A stretch of 48,903 bases of DNA from contig CALCJP010000093.1 in assembly GCA_937967625.1 (NCBI GenBank), positions 1-48,903 on the forward strand. The letters run 5' to 3'. Both the position numbers and the translations under genes were made by a program. Below, one piece after another: positions 44,250-48,903 of this stretch; the first letter of the stretch is position 1, and every line of letters begins with the position of its first letter. Below the pieces are notes generated by a model. It made no database searches. It had not been told where the DNA came from and saw nothing but the letters and a program-made list of their open reading frames with translations. This DNA comes from an uncultured Saprospiraceae bacterium (GTDB lineage Bacteria > Bacteroidota > Bacteroidia > Chitinophagales > Saprospiraceae).

Positions 44250-44723
44250 ATGAGTTCTATACATCAATTTAAAGTTCCCTCGCTCAATGGAGGCGAGATA
44301 GATTTTTCCGCTTTCGCGGGAAAAAAGATAATGGTTGTCAACACTGCGAGTGAGTGTGGACTGACGCCTCAATATGAACAATTGCAGGAATTGCACGAAA
44401 AATTCTTTGAGAAGGTAGTCATCGTCGGCTTCCCTTGCAATGACTTCGGAGGGCAAGAACCCGGAAGCGAATCTGAGATTGAAAAATTTTGCGTCTTCAA
44501 TTACGGCGTGACTTTCCCCCTTTCGGGAAAAGTGAGTGTAGTCGGCGAAAAACCACACCCAGTCTATAAATGGCTCCGCAACAAATCTGAGAATGGCGTA
44601 GAAAGCAGCGAAGTAGAATGGAATTTTCAAAAATATCTGTTGGACGAAAAAGGGCAATATGTCAAAATGTTGGCGCCATCAGTGATTCCGATTGATGAGC
44701 AGATTTTGGATTGGCTCAAGTAA
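44250..44723 (+). CDS. gpx: Glutathione peroxidase (Cys-type)
   Basis: VVNTASECGLT (Cys codon TGT 44355-44357), FPCNDFGGQEP and WNFQKYL motifs. Start set at ATG 44250 (MSSIHQF); the ORF track extends to 44160. Confidence 0.9.
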   Translation: MSSIHQFKVPSLNGGEIDFSAFAGKKIMVVNTASECGLTPQYEQLQELHEKFFEKVVIVGFPCNDFGGQEPGSESEIEKFCVFNYGVTFPLSGKVSVVGEKPHPVYKWLRNKSENGVESSEVEWNFQKYLLDEKGQYVKMLAPSVIPIDEQILDWLK

Positions 44724-44730
44724 AAAGTAG

Positions 44731-44815
44731 CACCCAAATAAATTTGGGTGTCGAAATCATCTCATTTGCCGAAAGGCTAAAACGTGTAAAATTTCCGCCC
44801 AAATAAATTTGGGCG
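44731..44815. repeat. Composite: palindrome cacccaaataaatttgggtg (44731-44750) - catttgcc-GAAA-ggctaaaa (44763-44782) - palindrome cgcccaaataaatttgggcg (44796-44815)
   Basis: The 16-nt core cccaaataaatttggg is repeated exactly and flanks a mini-hairpin unit. Confidence 0.85.
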
Positions 44816-44820
44816 CTACT

Positions 44821-45933
44821 ATGAACCAAGTCATCGGTCAAGAAAGGGTAAAACAGCAACTGCGCACAGCAGTCAATAGTGGTCGTATGTCGCATGCACA
44901 AATCCTATTGGGACCGAAAGGAGCAGGTGGATTAGCATTGGCGTTGGCAACTGCACAATACCTCCTTTGCCAAAACAAAACAGATGATAAAGTTTGTGGA
45001 ACCTGTCCTGCTTGCCACAAAGCTGCTAAAAACATTCACCCTGATATTCACTTTACGTTCCCTACCATCGGTGGAAAAGCGACGAGCGAAGACTTCATGA
45101 ATGAGTGGCGCTCGGCATTGGACGAAAGTCCTTATTTTGATGATTTCAAGTGGCTGCAAAAAATTGGTGGTGAGGGCAAGCAAGGCAACATCACCGCCCT
45201 CGAATGCAATCGAATGATTTCAAAATTAAGTTTGAAATCATTTGAAAGTCCTTATAAAGTTCAGATCATCTGGCAAGTTGAATATTTGCAAAAAGAAGGA
45301 AATCGCCTCCTCAAACTCATAGAAGAGCCACCGGCGAATACTTACTTTTTGCTTATTGCTCATGATTCTGATCAGGTGCTCAACACTATCCTTTCAAGGT
45401 GTCAAATTGTGAAATTTGGGGCACTTAAAGACACTGAAATTGCAGCTGCCTTGCAGCAACGCAATCAGGTTTCTGAAGAAAAAGCGAACTCAATCGCGCA
45501 CTTGGCAGATGGTAGTTTTTCGGAAGCACAAAGCATTTTGCAGCATGCAGATGACGAAAACAGTGTGAATCGTAGCGCACTATTTCTTGACTGGCTACGA
45601 AAGTGTTATCTTGGCGACGGCGTTGCAATGACCAAATTATCGGAAGCACTGGCGAAGCTCGGAAGAGAGCCGCAAAAGTTTTTCTTGCGATACGGTCTGC
45701 ATTTTTTTCGAGAATTTTTGTTTTTTAAGACAACGGGAACGGAAAATGTGCGACTTTTGCCATCAGAACTTGAAACCGCTCGTAAGATGAATCAAGTTCT
45801 CGATTTTGAAAAAGTGGAAAAAATCACGCAATTGTTTTCAGATTGCATTTATCATGTAGAGCGAAATGCGAATCCAAAAGTGCTATTTTTAGACGCTTCG
45901 ATTCAACTGAATAAGATTTTCAGACGTTCCTGA
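44821..45933 (+). CDS. holB: DNA polymerase III subunit delta'
   Basis: GRMSHAQILLGPKGAGGLALA, zinc module CGTCPACHK, LLKLIEEPP and SRCQ. Start set at ATG 44821 (MNQVIGQ). Confidence 0.85.
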   Translation: MNQVIGQERVKQQLRTAVNSGRMSHAQILLGPKGAGGLALALATAQYLLCQNKTDDKVCGTCPACHKAAKNIHPDIHFTFPTIGGKATSEDFMNEWRSALDESPYFDDFKWLQKIGGEGKQGNITALECNRMISKLSLKSFESPYKVQIIWQVEYLQKEGNRLLKLIEEPPANTYFLLIAHDSDQVLNTILSRCQIVKFGALKDTEIAAALQQRNQVSEEKANSIAHLADGSFSEAQSILQHADDENSVNRSALFLDWLRKCYLGDGVAMTKLSEALAKLGREPQKFFLRYGLHFFREFLFFKTTGTENVRLLPSELETARKMNQVLDFEKVEKITQLFSDCIYHVERNANPKVLFLDASIQLNKIFRRS

Positions 45934-45964
45934 TTACGAGTGATTTTTTCAAATTTGAAACACG

Positions 45965-46016
45965 GATAGAGTGAAGTTGAATGATTTTGTAGATAAATGT
46001 ACTCTATCGATTTTTT
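45965..46016 (+). terminator. Possible terminator after holB (large loop)
   Basis: 8-bp stem gatagagt/actctatc with a 28-nt loop, followed by T6. Confidence 0.4.
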
Positions 46017-46027
46017 AACTTGAAGGT

Positions 46028-46085
46028 GCTTTTCACTTTCGTAAAATATTGATAATCAATGTTTTACGAAAGTAAAATAAAAAGC
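46028..46085. repeat. Compound element: gctttt/aaaagc outer stem, tttcac-TTTC-gtaaaa (one mismatch), palindrome attgat-a-atcaat, ttttac-GAAA-gtaaaa
   Basis: 46030-46047, 46048-46060, 46062-46077. Same inverted-pair layout as 20475-20538. Confidence 0.8.
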
Positions 46086-46104
46086 GCTTCCCAAAATATA
46101 ACCT

Positions 46105-47496
46105 ATGGCATGTGTAGGATGTACCTGCGGAAAAGGTACAAGTGACGACACGGGAGTTAGTGGGTGCCAAAGCGGAGGGTGTTCCTCAGGAGGTTGCAAT
46201 CGACTCAATACTTTCGATTGGCTCTCTGCTTTAGAAATAGAAGATTCCCAAAGATTTGACAAAGTGGAAGTCAGCTTCAAAAATGGAGCACGCAAAGAGT
46301 TCTTCTACAATCCAGATTATATTGATGCGGTTACTGGCGACTATGTGGCAGTGGATACTGGCGCTGGCTACGACGTAGGAAAGGTGACCCTTTCTGGTGA
46401 ATTGGTGCGCCTGCAGATGAAAAAGAAGCGTGTCAATGAAAAGAAAGACTTGAGCAAAATCCTTCGTATTGCCAACAACAGGGACATTGAGCGTTTGGAA
46501 GAAGCTCGTGCGAAAGAGAAAGATACGATGATTCGTGCGAGAGTGATTGCACGTTCTTTGGACTTAAAGATGAAAGTGGGCGATGTTGAATATCAGGCAG
46601 ATGGGAAAAAGGCTACTTTTTTCTATACAGCAGACGGTCGTGTAGATTTCCGTGAATTGATTCGCCACTTTGCAAGAGATTTCAAAGTAAAAATTGAAAT
46701 GCGTCAAATCGGTATTCGACAAGAGTCGGCTCGAATTGGTGGTTTGGGTTCATGTGGACGTGAATTGTGCTGCTCGACTTGGTTGACTAATTTCAAATCA
46801 GTCAACACGGGTGCTGCACGGTATCAAAATCTCGCTATCAATCAGGCGAAATTGTCTGGTCAATGCGGTCGCTTGAAGTGCTGTCTTAATTTTGAATTGG
46901 ATGCCTATATGGATGCTTTTTCGAAGTTTCCGAAAAGAGCAGATAAACTCAAAGCACAATCAGGCACGGCATCACTTTTCAAGACAGATATTTTCAAGCA
47001 GATCATGTATTACATGTTAGAAGTGGATGGCGGTCGTCGCATTACTTTTGCTCTGGACATCGAGGTGGTGAAGAAAATTAAGGAGATGAATAAGCGAGGT
47101 GAGTTTCCTGTTGATTTCACGAGTTTGCAGATAGTCGAGGAGAAACAAGCTGATGAAGAAGAATTTGATTTCGAGGCAAGCGACTTGACAGGCGTGATAG
47201 AGCTACCTGCCGAAAAGCGCCGCCGAAAAGGTCGTCGCAATAACCGTAATAAAAATAAGCCTTCCGGCAAACGTCCTCAAAACCGCTCTCAAAACGGAGC
47301 AAAGAAAAAGGATGAAAAACCTGGAAATAAGCCAAAACCTAAATCGAATCAACCAAAGAATAAGGCCCAAGGCAACGATTCGAAAGATGGAAATAAAGGC
47401 GGCGGCGCTAATAGAAAGAAAAGAAACAACCGCAATCGCAATAGGAATAGAAACCGCAATCAAAATAATCAGAACAACAACAAAGGAGACAAATAA
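46105..47496 (+). CDS. ricT: PSP1-domain protein RicT/YaaT-like with N-terminal Cys cluster and long basic low-complexity tail
   Basis: The PSP1 core (VEVSFKNGARKEFFYNP..GDYVAVDTGAGYDVGKV..CCSTWL..CGRLKCCLNFE). Conserved position after holB. The last ~100 aa are K/R/N-rich. Confidence 0.8.
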   Translation: MACVGCTCGKGTSDDTGVSGCQSGGCSSGGCNRLNTFDWLSALEIEDSQRFDKVEVSFKNGARKEFFYNPDYIDAVTGDYVAVDTGAGYDVGKVTLSGELVRLQMKKKRVNEKKDLSKILRIANNRDIERLEEARAKEKDTMIRARVIARSLDLKMKVGDVEYQADGKKATFFYTADGRVDFRELIRHFARDFKVKIEMRQIGIRQESARIGGLGSCGRELCCSTWLTNFKSVNTGAARYQNLAINQAKLSGQCGRLKCCLNFELDAYMDAFSKFPKRADKLKAQSGTASLFKTDIFKQIMYYMLEVDGGRRITFALDIEVVKKIKEMNKRGEFPVDFTSLQIVEEKQADEEEFDFEASDLTGVIELPAEKRRRKGRRNNRNKNKPSGKRPQNRSQNGAKKKDEKPGNKPKPKSNQPKNKAQGNDSKDGNKGGGANRKKRNNRNRNRNRNRNQNNQNNNKGDK

Positions 47497-47499
47497 ATT

Positions 47500-48903
47500 A
47501 TGCAATACGACGTAACTGTCATTGGCTCCGGTCCTGGGGGCTATGTTGCCGCAATCCGATGCGCGCAATTAGGAATGAAAACCGCTATCATCGAAAGGTA
47601 TAATACACTCGGAGGCACTTGTCTCAATGTGGGGTGTATTCCTTCCAAGGCGTTACTCGATTCTTCTGAGCATTATCACAATGCCGTTCATAAATTTGAG
47701 TCGCATGGGATTGACATCAAAGGAGTCAAAGTGAATTTGCCGCAGATGATCAAGCGAAAATCAGAAGTAGTAGATCAAACCTGCAACGGCATCAACTTCC
47801 TGATGAAGAAAAATAAAATTGATGTTCATCACGGTCATGGTAGCTTTAAAGATAAAAACACCATTTCCATCGCGAAAGACGATGGCTCAACTGAAGAAAT
47901 AACTACTGCCAAAGTCATCATTGCAACGGGTTCGAAACCAATAACGCCGCCTGCTTTCAATTATGATAAAAAACGGGTCATCACTTCCACAGAAGCATTG
48001 AATATCACTAAGCTTCCACAGAAAATGGTAATCGTTGGCGCAGGAGTGATAGGCTTAGAGTTAGGCTCTGTTTATGCCCGTTTGGGCACTGAAGTCGAAG
48101 TGGTTGAATATGCAGATAGCTGCATCGCTTCAATGGATAAAGATTGCGGAAAAGAACTCAGGCGCTCCCTCAAAAAATTGGGCATGAAGTTCCACCTCAA
48201 GCACATGGTGACTGGAGTAAAAGCAACTTCAAGAAGCGTAACCGTCGGTGTCCAAAAAAGAGATAGTGAAGAGACTTTCGAAATCAAGGCAGACTATTGC
48301 CTCATCGCCATCGGCAGAAGAGCATATACTGACAACCTTGGTTTAGAAAATGTAGGCATCGCAAAAGACGATCGCGGTCGCGTCGAAGTCAACGGTCATC
48401 TCGAAACCAGTGTGCCAGGCATCTACGCCATAGGCGATGTGGTCAAAGGAGCGATGTTGGCGCACAAGGCAGAAGAAGAAGGCGTCTTCGTCGCCGAAAC
48501 AATGGCGGGGCAAAAGCCACACATTGATTATAATTTGATTCCGGGAGTCGTTTATACCTGGCCCGAAGTGGCAGCCGTTGGGCAGACCGAGCAGCAATTA
48601 AAAGATGCCGGTATTGCCTACAAAGCAGGTAAATTCCCTTACAAAGCATTGGGGCGCGCACGCGCGAGTACCGATATCGAAGGCTTCGTAAAAGTTTTGG
48701 CTCATGCCGAAACTGACGAAATCTTAGGCGTCCACATGGTCGGCGCCCGTACCGCAGATATGATTGCAGAGGCAGTAGCGCTGATGGAGTTTAGAGCATC
48801 TGCGGAAGATGCGGCTCGCATGAGTCATGCACACCCGACGTTTACAGAGGCGTTTAAGGAAGCGTGTTTGGGAGCGACAGGGGATAGGATGATACATGTT
48901 TAG
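47500..48903 (+). CDS. lpdA: Dihydrolipoyl dehydrogenase (E3)
   Basis: FAD motif VIGSGPGGY, redox disulfide GGTCLNVGCIPSK, NAD motif VGAGVIGLE, and the C-terminal HAHPTFTE. The ATG lies 3 nt after the ricT stop; TAG at 48901-48903. Confidence 0.95.
   Translation: MQYDVTVIGSGPGGYVAAIRCAQLGMKTAIIERYNTLGGTCLNVGCIPSKALLDSSEHYHNAVHKFESHGIDIKGVKVNLPQMIKRKSEVVDQTCNGINFLMKKNKIDVHHGHGSFKDKNTISIAKDDGSTEEITTAKVIIATGSKPITPPAFNYDKKRVITSTEALNITKLPQKMVIVGAGVIGLELGSVYARLGTEVEVVEYADSCIASMDKDCGKELRRSLKKLGMKFHLKHMVTGVKATSRSVTVGVQKRDSEETFEIKADYCLIAIGRRAYTDNLGLENVGIAKDDRGRVEVNGHLETSVPGIYAIGDVVKGAMLAHKAEEEGVFVAETMAGQKPHIDYNLIPGVVYTWPEVAAVGQTEQQLKDAGIAYKAGKFPYKALGRARASTDIEGFVKVLAHAETDEILGVHMVGARTADMIAEAVALMEFRASAEDAARMSHAHPTFTEAFKEACLGATGDRMIHV

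Noticed and set aside
44355-44357. Possible selenocysteine in the glutathione peroxidase active site
   Set aside because: The active-site codon is TGT (Cys), not TGA, and no SECIS-like requirement arises.
47484-47488. AGGAG Shine-Dalgarno-like motif 12 nt upstream of the lpdA ATG
   Set aside because: It lies within the ricT codons K-G-D. Bacteroidota generally make little use of SD pairing, and a single occurrence is not evidence.

Overview
This is a 48.9-kb AT-rich chromosomal segment that reads as Bacteroidota: it has T9SS type A and type B sorting domains, a PorP/SprF gene, TAnnTTTG-type -7 boxes, and atpBEFHAG without atpDC. I call 30 CDSs, about 90% coding, with the first truncated by the window edge. 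I saw no rRNA, tRNA, CRISPR array, transposase, integrase or phage genes. Gene order: a response-regulator 3' end and htpG, then a 12-kb accessory T9SS cargo island (3177-15477). The island holds a Pmp-type beta-helix cargo with a type A CTD, a PorP/SprF-like gene, a PorE-like gene, and a 1784-aa PKD/Ig adhesin with a type B CTD. Next is atpBEFHAG, whose subunit a carries a ~65-residue His-rich tract predicted to be periplasmic, followed by two tandem OmpA/thrombospondin-repeat paralogs. The rest is housekeeping: a DUF5916-like OM protein, trhO, a Cys-rich hypothetical, glpF, ettA, convergent sucB/sucA, an M50-CBS protease, acyl-CoA dehydrogenase, an orphan batA-like gene, a sensor kinase, phoH, gpx and holB-ricT-lpdA. 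The feature that gene annotation does not explain, and the most interesting to me, is a dense family of C(GNRA)G-capped mini-hairpin repeats with consensus (A)TTT-NNC-GAAA-GNN-AAA(T). By hand count there are about 33 copies, in 18 of 28 intergenic spacers. They show compensatory stem variation, longer composite versions, inverted pairs inside the atp operon, and copies that supply stop codons. I see no defence, toxin or mobile-element system and do not force one. All coordinates and counts are by-eye readings of the sequence.
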